Notes: generated by a model from the letters alone, not told the origin. 64,000 nucleotides of DNA from an uncultured Clostridia bacterium (GCA_947625555.1 CANQOT010000006.1:14248-78247), one strand, 5' to 3'; counted from the first letter of the stretch, positions 17,254 through 25,396 are shown. Translations and numbers: made by a program.

Positions 17254-19005
17254 ATGAAAAAGATTACGAAATTTTTTGCTGCAACACTTCTCTCACTCTC
17301 CTTCGTCCTGCCGCTTGCGGCATGCGGAGGGCATACCCATGTCGATAGCAATAACGACGGCTTCTGCGATAGCTGCGAAGAGCCCATGACCCAAGGGGAG
17401 GTCGGCGGCCATACCCATGTCGATAGCAATAACGACGGCTTCTGCGACAAGTGCCAAGAGCCCATGGGAAGCGGCCCCTCCACTCTCCCTCCCGTTGGCG
17501 ACACCGATCTCCTCGAAGAGGACATTATCGATGACTGCTACGATACTTATTACCAGATCTTCCCGTCCGCTTTCTGCGATACGAACGGCGATAACTACGG
17601 CGATCTCGACGGCATCACCTCCAAGCTCGAATACATCCGCGATCTGGGCTACACGGGCATTTGGCTCACGCCTATCAACGAATCGGATTCCTATCACGGC
17701 TACAACGTGATCGATTACAAGTCCATTCACCACCAGCTCGGCACGATGGAGGACTTCGACGAGCTCATTGAGAAGGCCCATTCGCTCGGCATCAAGGTCA
17801 TCATCGACCTCGTCATCAATCACTCGTCGGAAAACCATCCTTGGTTCAAGTATGCGCTCGAAGATGCGGCTTATGGCTTCGGCACCTACCTTGAATACTA
17901 CAATTACAGCTCGACGTCGAGAAGCGACTATGTCGATTACGGCGGGAAGCGCTACTTCGAGGCGCACTTCGGCAAGAACATGCCCGACCTCAACCTCGAT
18001 TGTCCAGCCCTTCAAAACGAAATCAAAGATATCGTCGAGTTCTGGATCAAGGACGAGAAGGTCGACGGGTTCCGTCTCGACGCAGCTCTCCACTTCTTCG
18101 CAGGCCAGCAAGAAAAGAGCGCGAAGTTCACCAAAAAGCTCAAAGATTGGGCGGACGCCGCCATCAAGGAGTCGAGGAACGACCCCAATGCCGAGGCCTT
18201 CATCGTCGGCGAAGTTTGGGATAACTCGAACACCATTCAAACCTTCTATAAGAACGCGGGCGGCGCAAACTTCTTCGATTTCAGTGCGGGCGGCCCGGGC
18301 GGCTCGATCGTAAATTCCGCCCGTCTTTCGACGATCAACAATCAAGCCTCCGCCGCGATGACGACCTTCTTCAATTCGATGAACGGCTCGATCACCATGT
18401 CGAGCGGCTATATTCCTTGCCCCTTCCTCGATAACCACGACGTCGACAGGATCTCCAGTGCCCTCTTGAAGAATGCCACCAGCGTCAAGTTTGCCTACGG
18501 CCTTCTCTCGCTCTTCACGGGCAACTCCTTCTCCTACTACGGCGACGAGATCGGCGTTGCGGGCTCCATAGCGGGAAGAGGGGACTGCGATGTACGCGTC
18601 GGTATGCGTTGGTCGGCGGATACGCCTTTCTTCGCTCCCGGCGGCACCTCTACGCCCGATGTGAACTACTTCTATCCGTTCGGGAGCGTCGAGGAACAGC
18701 TCGCGGATAAGAACAGCATCATCAACTACTACAAGCTCTGCAACAACGCGCGCAACGCCTTCCCCGCCCTCATGCGCGGAACGCCTTCCCGCGGTTCCTC
18801 TTCGAACAGCAACGTCCTCGTCATGACCAAGACCTATCAGGGCAAGTCGGTCACCGTCGTCGTGAACTTCTCCGCATCGCAGCAGACGGTCACGGGGCTC
18901 TCCGATACCCTCAAACTCAAACAGGGCATCTGCGTTTCGGGATCGGTCTCCGGGACCGCTTCCTCCCTCAACGTGCCCGGCTTCGGCATTGCCATCCTCG
19001 CATAA
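17254..19005 (+). CDS. GH13 alpha-amylase-family lipoprotein
   Basis: 583 aa. Lipobox LSFVLPLAACGG. GH13 regions DLVINHSS (I), GFRLDAALH (II, nucleophile Asp), VGEVWD (III, Glu) and FLDNHD (IV). Confidence 0.9.
   Translation: MKKITKFFAATLLSLSFVLPLAACGGHTHVDSNNDGFCDSCEEPMTQGEVGGHTHVDSNNDGFCDKCQEPMGSGPSTLPPVGDTDLLEEDIIDDCYDTYYQIFPSAFCDTNGDNYGDLDGITSKLEYIRDLGYTGIWLTPINESDSYHGYNVIDYKSIHHQLGTMEDFDELIEKAHSLGIKVIIDLVINHSSENHPWFKYALEDAAYGFGTYLEYYNYSSTSRSDYVDYGGKRYFEAHFGKNMPDLNLDCPALQNEIKDIVEFWIKDEKVDGFRLDAALHFFAGQQEKSAKFTKKLKDWADAAIKESRNDPNAEAFIVGEVWDNSNTIQTFYKNAGGANFFDFSAGGPGGSIVNSARLSTINNQASAAMTTFFNSMNGSITMSSGYIPCPFLDNHDVDRISSALLKNATSVKFAYGLLSLFTGNSFSYYGDEIGVAGSIAGRGDCDVRVGMRWSADTPFFAPGGTSTPDVNYFYPFGSVEEQLADKNSIINYYKLCNNARNAFPALMRGTPSRGSSSNSNVLVMTKTYQGKSVTVVVNFSASQQTVTGLSDTLKLKQGICVSGSVSGTASSLNVPGFGIAILA
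17332..17447 (+). repeat. 78-nt (26-aa) tandem duplication inside the amylase N-terminus
   Basis: The 38-nt core catacccatgtcgatagcaataacgacggcttctgcga is identical at 17332-17369 and 17410-17447. It encodes GGHTHVDSNNDGFCD(S/K)C twice. Confidence 0.9.
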
Positions 19006-19053
19006 AATGTCAGCGTCGATCAACCAAAAAATTTCAAAGAGAAGGAAATAATC

Positions 19054-21096
19054 ATGGCAAGTTTAAGCTTGAAACACATCTATAAGGTGTATCCCAACGG
19101 CGTAAAGGCGGTCAACGACTTCACGATGGAGATCGAGGATAAAGAGTTCATCGTATTCGTCGGGCCTTCGGGCTGCGGGAAATCGACGACGCTCCGCATG
19201 ATCGCGGGTCTCGAAGATATCACCGCGGGCGAACTCAAAATCGGCGACCTCGTCGTCAACGACGTCGAGCCCAAGGATCGGGATATCGCAATGGTTTTCC
19301 AGAACTACGCGCTCTATCCCCACATGACCGTCTTTGAGAACATCGCATTCGGCCTCCGCCTTCGCAAGATGCCGCGCGAGGAGATCAACCGCCGCGTCAA
19401 AGAGGCCGCCGAGATCCTCGGCATCACCGAATACCTCGGCAGGAAGCCCAAGGAGATGTCGGGCGGCCAGCGCCAGCGTGTCTCCCTCGGCCGCGCCATC
19501 GTCCGCGAACCCAAGGTCATGCTCCTCGACGAGCCGCTCTCCAACCTCGACGCAAAACTGCGTACGCAGATGCGTAGCGAGATCGCCAAGCTCCACAAGA
19601 GATTGGGTACGACGTTCATCTACGTCACCCACGACCAGATCGAAGCTATGACGATGGGTACCCGCATCGTCGTCATGAAGGACGGGTTCGTCCAGCAGAT
19701 CGATACCCCCAAGAACCTCTACAACTACCCCGGCAACAAGTTCGTCGCGGGCTTCATCGGCACGCCGCAGATGAACTTCTTCGAGGGCACTTTGAAGAAG
19801 GTCGGCGACAACGTCGAGATCGCATTCCACAACACCGACGCGAAGGTCACCGTGCCCTATTCCTACTTCTACAAGACCCGTCCCGCCTACCTCAACGGCG
19901 AGACCACCGTCATCATCGGTCTGCGTGCGGAGAACGTCTCCCTCGACCCCGAGACGGTGGCAAAGGCCGCCGCGACCATCAAGGTCAAGATCTCGCACAA
20001 GGAAGAGCTCGGCAACGAGACCCTCATCTACGGCGATATCAATATGGAAGGGGACGGCTACACCGAGAGCTCGACGCGGATCATCATCAAGAGCGCCGAC
20101 GACGTAGAGCACGTTGCGGGCGAGATCGTCGACGCGGCCCTCGACCTCGACCATGTGCACCTCTTCGACGCCGAGACCGAAGTCTCCATCCTGCCCCGCA
20201 TTCCCGAGTTCAACTATCTCGATTGCGACGTGCAGGGCAAGACCCTTTCCTTCCTCGGCCAGAGCGTAACCCTTCCTTCCGTCATCGAGTGCGAAAGCGG
20301 CGCGGGCGAACTTCTCATTCCCTCCGATGCCATCAAGCTCGGCGGCAATATCGTCGCGCAGGTCGTCGGGATCGAGGACATCCTCGGCAAGAAGCTCCTC
20401 TCGATGGAGCTGGGCGGCCGCCGCATCTTTGCGGTCGTCGACGAGGAAGTCACGACGTCTACGGTGGGCATCTCCATCGACATGAAGAAGATCACCATCC
20501 TCCGCGACGGGCAGGAGATCGTCAGCCCCATGCCCGAGGTCGTCAGTTTCGACGGCAACTTCGTCAAGAAGAAGGTCGTCGAGGACGTTCCCGAGACGGC
20601 GCAGGAGCGCGCAAAGCGCCTTGCCAAGGAGCAGAAGAAGGCGGCCAAAGCGGCCAAGGCGGCGCCCGCAGAGGGCGAACAGCCCCAAGAGGAGCCCGTC
20701 ACCATCGAGGAGACGCCCGTCGAAGAGCCCGTTCTCACCAAGCGCAAGAAGATCGTCAAGTTCTCGCTCCTCATCGAGAATGCGGAATTCCCCGCTCCCG
20801 AGGATATCGCGCAGAGGCTTATCGCGGCGCTCTCCCTCAAACGCGTGTTCGATAAGAAGTACCGTTTCGAGTGCACGCCTTACGATCTGACGCTTGCGGA
20901 AGAGGGCATCGAGGCCGAAGTCGTCGGCATCGTGGATTACGGCGAGGAGCGCTTTGCGCGTTGCCTTGTCGGCGAGAAGACGATCTATGTCAAGCTCGAC
21001 GATAGCATTGCATCTTTGAGCGGGACCGTACATCTGCTTCCCGATATCGACAAACTTGCGATCATTCAGGCCGATATGGATATCCGCCTTGTCTGA
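19054..21096 (+). CDS. MsmX/MalK-type sugar ABC transporter ATPase with ~300-aa C-terminal extension
   Basis: 680 aa. Walker A GPSGCGKST, signature MSGGQRQR, Walker B LLDEPLSNLD, H-loop VTHDQ. The canonical end (HVHLFDAETEV) is reached near nt 20190, but the frame continues for about 300 more codons. Confidence 0.9.
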   Translation: MASLSLKHIYKVYPNGVKAVNDFTMEIEDKEFIVFVGPSGCGKSTTLRMIAGLEDITAGELKIGDLVVNDVEPKDRDIAMVFQNYALYPHMTVFENIAFGLRLRKMPREEINRRVKEAAEILGITEYLGRKPKEMSGGQRQRVSLGRAIVREPKVMLLDEPLSNLDAKLRTQMRSEIAKLHKRLGTTFIYVTHDQIEAMTMGTRIVVMKDGFVQQIDTPKNLYNYPGNKFVAGFIGTPQMNFFEGTLKKVGDNVEIAFHNTDAKVTVPYSYFYKTRPAYLNGETTVIIGLRAENVSLDPETVAKAAATIKVKISHKEELGNETLIYGDINMEGDGYTESSTRIIIKSADDVEHVAGEIVDAALDLDHVHLFDAETEVSILPRIPEFNYLDCDVQGKTLSFLGQSVTLPSVIECESGAGELLIPSDAIKLGGNIVAQVVGIEDILGKKLLSMELGGRRIFAVVDEEVTTSTVGISIDMKKITILRDGQEIVSPMPEVVSFDGNFVKKKVVEDVPETAQERAKRLAKEQKKAAKAAKAAPAEGEQPQEEPVTIEETPVEEPVLTKRKKIVKFSLLIENAEFPAPEDIAQRLIAALSLKRVFDKKYRFECTPYDLTLAEEGIEAEVVGIVDYGEERFARCLVGEKTIYVKLDDSIASLSGTVHLLPDIDKLAIIQADMDIRLV

Positions 21097-21127
21097 TCGA
21101 CGAGAGCACAAACGACCAAAGTCAACG

Positions 21128-21158
21128 AAAAAAGCGGAGCCTTTCGGCTCCGCTTTTT
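21128..21158 (+). terminator. Rho-independent terminator of the maltodextrin operon
   Basis: gcggagcc (21134-21141), loop tttc, ggctccgc (21146-21153), followed by ttttt. Confidence 0.85.
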
Positions 21159-21159
21159 C

Positions 21160-21530
21160 TATGCTGTGTGTATCCTTGCCCCCTCCATGGGAGGGGGGTA
21201 GGGGGGTGGGGTGACCTGCCCTCATTCCGCCCCGCGCGCACTATTGTCTACTAAGCGCGGCACGAGGAGCGTAGCGACGAAGTAGGGGCGAAGCCCCGAG
21301 CGAATCTTGCCCCCTCCATGGGAGGGGGGTAGGGGGGTGGGGTGACATTCTAAATACGTCATGTTGAGCCGCGCGGTACGCGCGTGTCGAAACATATCCT
21401 TAATATAAGGCTTCCCCCCAAGGGGGGGAAGCTGTCACCGCAGGTGACTGATGAGGGAAAGAGCTGCCCCCTTTGAAGGGGGCGGCTCCGCCGCAGGCGG
21501 TGGTGGGGGTTGGCTTTGTCCCGCGTTTTT
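21160..21530. repeat. Cluster 1 of mosaic GC-rich hairpin repeats (modules A, M, D)
   Basis: A copies at 21179-21215 and 21310-21346 (ccccctccatgggaggggggtaggggggtggggtgac). M copy at 21357-21395. D modules at 21407-21457 and 21463-21509. No credible CDS. Confidence 0.85.
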
Positions 21531-21531
21531 C

Positions 21532-21741
21532 CTATTTTAAGCCTAAAATTTCGTCAGCGGAGAGGTCGAGCGCACGGCAAAGGCGCATAAACGTATCCAG
21601 TCGCGGCAGTTTCTTCGTCGTGGTGTACTGTGTGATCATCTCGGGCGAGACGCCCACCCGCCTTGCGATCTCAACCGTCGTGAGTCCGCTTTCTTTGAGC
21701 TCTTCCCGCAATCTTTTCTTCAATAATTCTATATCGTTCAT
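21532..21741 (-). CDS. XRE-family helix-turn-helix transcriptional regulator
   Basis: 69 aa. HTH core LTTVEIARRVGVSPEMITQYTTTKKLPRLDTFMRLCRAL. Divergent from an operator-bearing promoter. Confidence 0.85.
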   Translation of the reverse strand: MNDIELLKKRLREELKESGLTTVEIARRVGVSPEMITQYTTTKKLPRLDTFMRLCRALDLSADEILGLK

Positions 21742-21750
21742 ACAAAAAAT

Positions 21751-21804
21751 TTATAACTAATGGTTAGCAAATCGCTTGACTTCTAACCATTGGTTAGTTA
21801 TAAT
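21751..21804 (+). promoter_or_regulatory. Consensus promoter with embedded palindromic operator, plus a second related site
   Basis: TTGACT (21776-21781), 17 nt spacer, TATAAT (21799-21804). The spacer holds the palindrome CTAACCA-T-TGGTTAG (21783-21797). A related site TTATAACTAATGGTTAG lies at 21751-21767, 10-26 nt upstream of the XRE start codon. Confidence 0.7.
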
Positions 21805-21847
21805 GATAGACGAAGAACCCCCGAGAGGGGCAAAAAGGAGGAAAATT

Positions 21848-23779
21848 ATGAACAAAAAGAGTTGGCTCATTGCGGGTTTGTCGCTCGTAATGGCCGCGAC
21901 CCTCGGCGTGGGCATCTCCGCCTGCGGCGGAGAAACCCACACCCACAACTATGACGCGTGGGACTACAACGCGACGCAACACTGGAAGTATTGCGACGAA
22001 CACGGCTCCGACAAGAGCAACATCGACGAGACCACCAAGGCAAATCATGAGTTCAAAGACGGAAAATGCGTATGCGGTGCGACAGAAGGACAGGAGATCC
22101 CCGACGCCGACCTCGACACCCGCGAGTTCTGGGTCACCGGCACGGGTGCGGGCGACCTCGCAAACGCCAGCTGGACGGAACTCAAACCCAACTTCAAGCT
22201 CAAGAAAGAACCGCACAAAGATGCGGACGGCTTCACGCTCTACACCATTCAATTCAAGATTTACGCGGGTGGCGACAAGTTCAAGATCCGTCAAGATGAA
22301 AAAGACACCAACGGCGCCCTCACATGGACGAAGGGCACGTTCTTCGGGCTTACCGAGATCAAAAACAACGACGGGACTTTCATCGACATGGGCAACGAAG
22401 GCGACATCGGCGTCGCGAAGGGCAAGGACGGAATCTACAAGTTCACCGTACATACAAAACCCGCGCCCGCACCTTGGGCAGACAACTATGTGAGCTGGGA
22501 GCTCATCGAGAGCGTAGCGGCTCCCACGACAACGGAGGACATGTACATCGTCGGCACGATCAAGACACAAAAAAATTCGCAGTGGCCCGACTTTACAGAC
22601 GTTAAAAAGAACTGCATCCACATGACGTTCGACGGCACCGATACGTGGTACGCCGATGTAGAGCTTACGATTGGCGACCAATTCAAAGTGTACAACATCC
22701 TCAACAAGCAATATTACCCGAACGTTGCCAATCTCACCACTGGTGAAACATGGCTTTACCGCGTGTCATGGAAGGTCGGGCAAGACGACGTGAAAGTCGA
22801 GCACCTTCACAAGTACACGATGCAGGGCTACGACGGGGAGAACCATTGGATGAAGTGCCCGAAGGACGACGTGAGGGACGAAAGCACTGTCGAGGCACAC
22901 GACTTCACGACCAGCGATACTTGCAAGTGCGGGTTCCAGAAGGAAGCCGACCCCGATTGGAAGATCGAAGGCGGCGAACTCGTCGAATATACGGGCGACT
23001 ATGTCAATCTAAAAATCCCCGCCGATCTTGAAGTTTTCCCTGCCTATGGCAAGCTTTTCGGCATGGGTGCAAACAATAAATATGAGGACGCGAAATGCGA
23101 TGCCGCCAACCTCGCCAAAGTGCAGTCCGTGACGGTTGACCCGAAGAACGAACATTTCAAGGTCGAAAACAACGCAGTCCTTTCCAAGGACGGTACCGTC
23201 CTCTACATGTATCTCCCTTACAGCACGGAGACCGAAGTCACCTTTGAGAACGTCACGGAGATAGGAAATTCCGCATTCATCTTCAATAAGACGGTCGAGA
23301 CGGTGAACTTCCCGAACGCGATCATGATCGGAAAATACGCATTCAATGATGCAAGCAAACTGCAAACGATCTCCTTCCCGAAGGCAGAGACTCTCTCCGC
23401 ATATTGCTTCTCCGGAGCAACAATCACGAATGTTGAATTCGAGAGCGTGAAAACAATCAAATCCGATCCTTTCTATAATTGCCCGCTTGTCAGCGTCGTA
23501 TTCGGCGAAAAACTTGCCGATGTATCCGAGGGCAATATCTTCTCGATGATAGATACATTGACTTCCATTACGATCAAGGCGACGACACCTCCCGCGGCAA
23601 GCTCTTGGGGTTTCATGTTTGGATGTAAGAATGCCAAGATCTATGTTCCCGCCGAGAGCGTAGAGACCTACAAGACCGCGCAGTATTGGAGCAATCTCGC
23701 CGATAAGATCGAGGCTATCCCCACCGAGGCAGCCTCCGCGCAGGAAGTGGCTCTTCCCGCAAGCAAGAAAGAGGACTGA
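21848..23779 (+). CDS. BspA-type leucine-rich-repeat lipoprotein with two His/Cys mini-modules and two beta-rich (glycan-binding-like) domains
   Basis: 643 aa from ATG 21848 (RBS aaaaggagg). Lipobox LVMAATLGVGISACGG. C-terminal LRR_5-like units (NSAFIFNKTVETVNFPNAIMIGKYAFNDASKLQTISFPKAETLSAYCFSG). Confidence 0.85.
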   Translation: MNKKSWLIAGLSLVMAATLGVGISACGGETHTHNYDAWDYNATQHWKYCDEHGSDKSNIDETTKANHEFKDGKCVCGATEGQEIPDADLDTREFWVTGTGAGDLANASWTELKPNFKLKKEPHKDADGFTLYTIQFKIYAGGDKFKIRQDEKDTNGALTWTKGTFFGLTEIKNNDGTFIDMGNEGDIGVAKGKDGIYKFTVHTKPAPAPWADNYVSWELIESVAAPTTTEDMYIVGTIKTQKNSQWPDFTDVKKNCIHMTFDGTDTWYADVELTIGDQFKVYNILNKQYYPNVANLTTGETWLYRVSWKVGQDDVKVEHLHKYTMQGYDGENHWMKCPKDDVRDESTVEAHDFTTSDTCKCGFQKEADPDWKIEGGELVEYTGDYVNLKIPADLEVFPAYGKLFGMGANNKYEDAKCDAANLAKVQSVTVDPKNEHFKVENNAVLSKDGTVLYMYLPYSTETEVTFENVTEIGNSAFIFNKTVETVNFPNAIMIGKYAFNDASKLQTISFPKAETLSAYCFSGATITNVEFESVKTIKSDPFYNCPLVSVVFGEKLADVSEGNIFSMIDTLTSITIKATTPPAASSWGFMFGCKNAKIYVPAESVETYKTAQYWSNLADKIEAIPTEAASAQEVALPASKKED

Positions 23780-24456
23780 ATAAGGCTTCCCCTCTGCCCC
23801 CTCCATGGGAGGGGGGTAGGGGGGTGGGGTGACCTGCCCCGAATGAAAGGCTTCCCCCCAAAGGGGGGAGGCTCCGCCGCAGGCGGTGGTGAGGGCATGA
23901 TGACCTGCCCGCGTCCTACGCGTCATTCCGAGGGCGTAGCCCGAGAGAATCCCCTAAATGAAAACTCGAAAGTCGGACTACGTATTAGGGGATACACTCG
24001 GGGCGTTGCCCCTCGGTATGACAGCTAAAACAGCTTACCCTCCATAAATTCCCTTCGTCGGTGCGGGGACTCGTTCTCCGCACCGACCCCCGCAAGGGGG
24101 TGGGGAAGTTATGAGAAAAATTAAAGTACAAAAAAACCGAGGTTCCCTCGGTTTTTTTGTTATTCGCGCCCCCTCCATGGGAGGGGGATCAAGGGGGTGG
24201 GGTGACCTGCCCCTGTTTACGGGGGCGGGTGGCACGGCAAAGCCGTGACAGGTGGGGGCCTTGCTTCTAATTACGTCATTCCGAGCGCAGTCGAGGAATC
24301 TCCTTATTAAGATTCACTCGGGCTACGCCCTCGGAATGAGGGACAAGACCAACCTCTACCCTCTCCTCGGGGAGAGGGGTAGGGGTGTGGGGTGACCCGC
24401 CCCCATAAATGGGGGCAGGTCATCTGTCCTCATTCGTCATGCCCCCCGTATTGCTC
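23780..24456. repeat. Cluster 2 of mosaic GC-rich hairpin repeats
   Basis: A copies at 23797-23833, 24169-24206 and 24359-24396 (last two are variants). D copy at 23846-23895. M copies at 23921-23951 and 24274-24300. Inverted M copies at 23991-24022 and 24311-24341. Confidence 0.85.
24131..24158. terminator. Bidirectional terminator between the convergent LRR and GDPD genes
   Basis: aaaaaa, ccgagg (24137-24142), loop ttc, cctcgg (24146-24151), ttttttt. Confidence 0.8.
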
Positions 24457-25200
24457 TCATATTTCAGGCAGGTAGTTTTCGAAGATGATACCGTCGACAA
24501 ACTTCCGCGCTTGCGCCTCGTCCTCGCGCGAGCGCACCGTCCAGCCGAGTTTGACCCCCTTGAACTTCGTCACTTTCCTCCTCGGCAGGTCGGCAAAGCA
24601 GTAACTCACAAAGTCGGGCTTCACCCAAAAATTGAGGGAGAGATTTTTCACGATGCGCGCCTTGATACGCCAAAAGGGGGAGCCCCCGAAGGCGTCCTTC
24701 CCTACCTGTGCCGTCGCCAAAACGCCGCACATGACATTGGGGCAGACCTTCTTATACGCCTTCACATAGAGGGGTTGGAAGGATTGGATGGCATACTCAC
24801 CCGTGTAATCTTTGAGCGCATGCGCGAGGGCGGAGGCGATCTCTTCCCCCTTCACGCCGCCCATGTTCTTGATCTCGATGAGAAGGGGGGTGCGCCCCGC
24901 GACGCAATGCAGAAAGTCCTCGAACGTCGGAATGCGTTCCTTGCCGTCGAGCAGGAGGGCGTCAAGCTCTTCGAGGGTACAGTCGGAAACGGCGCGCCCG
25001 TCCCCCGTCATGCGATAAAGGGTATCGTCATGAAAGATGACGAGCCGTTTATCCTTGGTGAAGCGCACGTCCGTCTCGATGGGGAAGCCGCAAGCTATCG
25101 CCGCCTCGAAGGCGGGCAGGGAGTTTTCGGGCTTTTCCTTATCGTGCAGTCCGCGGTGCGCAATGGGCGTTTTCGTCAAGAAATTTTCCATAGCCATCAT
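24457..25200 (-). CDS. Glycerophosphodiester phosphodiesterase (GDPD) family protein
   Basis: 247 aa from ATG 25200 (RBS aaaggtg). Motifs IAHRGLHDKEKPENSLPAFEAA, ETDVRFTKDKRLVIFHDDTL and LLIEIK. Confidence 0.85.
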   Translation of the reverse strand: MMAMENFLTKTPIAHRGLHDKEKPENSLPAFEAAIACGFPIETDVRFTKDKRLVIFHDDTLYRMTGDGRAVSDCTLEELDALLLDGKERIPTFEDFLHCVAGRTPLLIEIKNMGGVKGEEIASALAHALKDYTGEYAIQSFQPLYVKAYKKVCPNVMCGVLATAQVGKDAFGGSPFWRIKARIVKNLSLNFWVKPDFVSYCFADLPRRKVTKFKGVKLGWTVRSREDEAQARKFVDGIIFENYLPEI

Positions 25201-25258
25201 TATACCGCACCTTTTCTGAAAATGCAACCCGCGTTTTTGCGCTTTCTTTGTAAAACGC

Positions 25259-25288
25259 TTGCAAATTTCCCCCGCCTTGTGCTATACT
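25259..25288 (+). promoter_or_regulatory. Candidate extended -10 promoter for the second LRR gene
   Basis: TTGCAA (25259-25264), 18 nt spacer, TGcTATACT (25280-25288). It would give a leader of about 190 nt. Confidence 0.4.
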
Positions 25289-25292
25289 GACA

Positions 25293-25396
25293 TTGCGACA
25301 CAAATGAATATTTTGTTGATAATGGGCTATACCATGGGCATAGGTGTATCCTTTTTTTCCCATTATCAACCGAAGGAAAAATCATTTGTGTCGCAA
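25293..25396. repeat. 104-nt nested inverted repeat in the leader/intergenic region
   Basis: Outer arms ttgcgacacaaatga (25293-25307) and tcatttgtgtcgcaa (25382-25396), 15/15 complementary. Inner arms gttgataatggg (25315-25326) and cccattatcaac (25359-25370), 12/12 complementary. Confidence 0.8.

Noticed and set aside
17320-17480. Whether the duplicated DSNNDGFCD units in the amylase form a dockerin (two Ca-loop segments).
   Set aside because: The Ca-loop consensus fits. However, the hydrophobic helices that follow each loop in type I/II dockerins are missing. The module is N-terminal, directly after a lipobox, and no cohesin/scaffoldin context is visible.
21473-24235. ORFs lying in the repeat clusters (21473..21760 +, 21757..21948 -, 23843..24028 +, 23668..23898 -, 24035..24235 -, the 3' part of 23009..23926 -, and 27454..27669 + / 27431..27676 - in cluster 3).
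   Set aside because: They are translations of the A/M/D hairpin modules (PLHGRGVGGWGD-type strings). They cross terminators and lack RBSs. Such repeat-derived pseudo-ORFs are a known annotation artefact.
24409-25290. 293-aa plus-strand ORF over the GDPD locus.
   Set aside because: It is antisense to a gene with clear GDPD motifs (HRG..ENS..E.D..HDD). It starts inside repeat cluster 2 and has no RBS.
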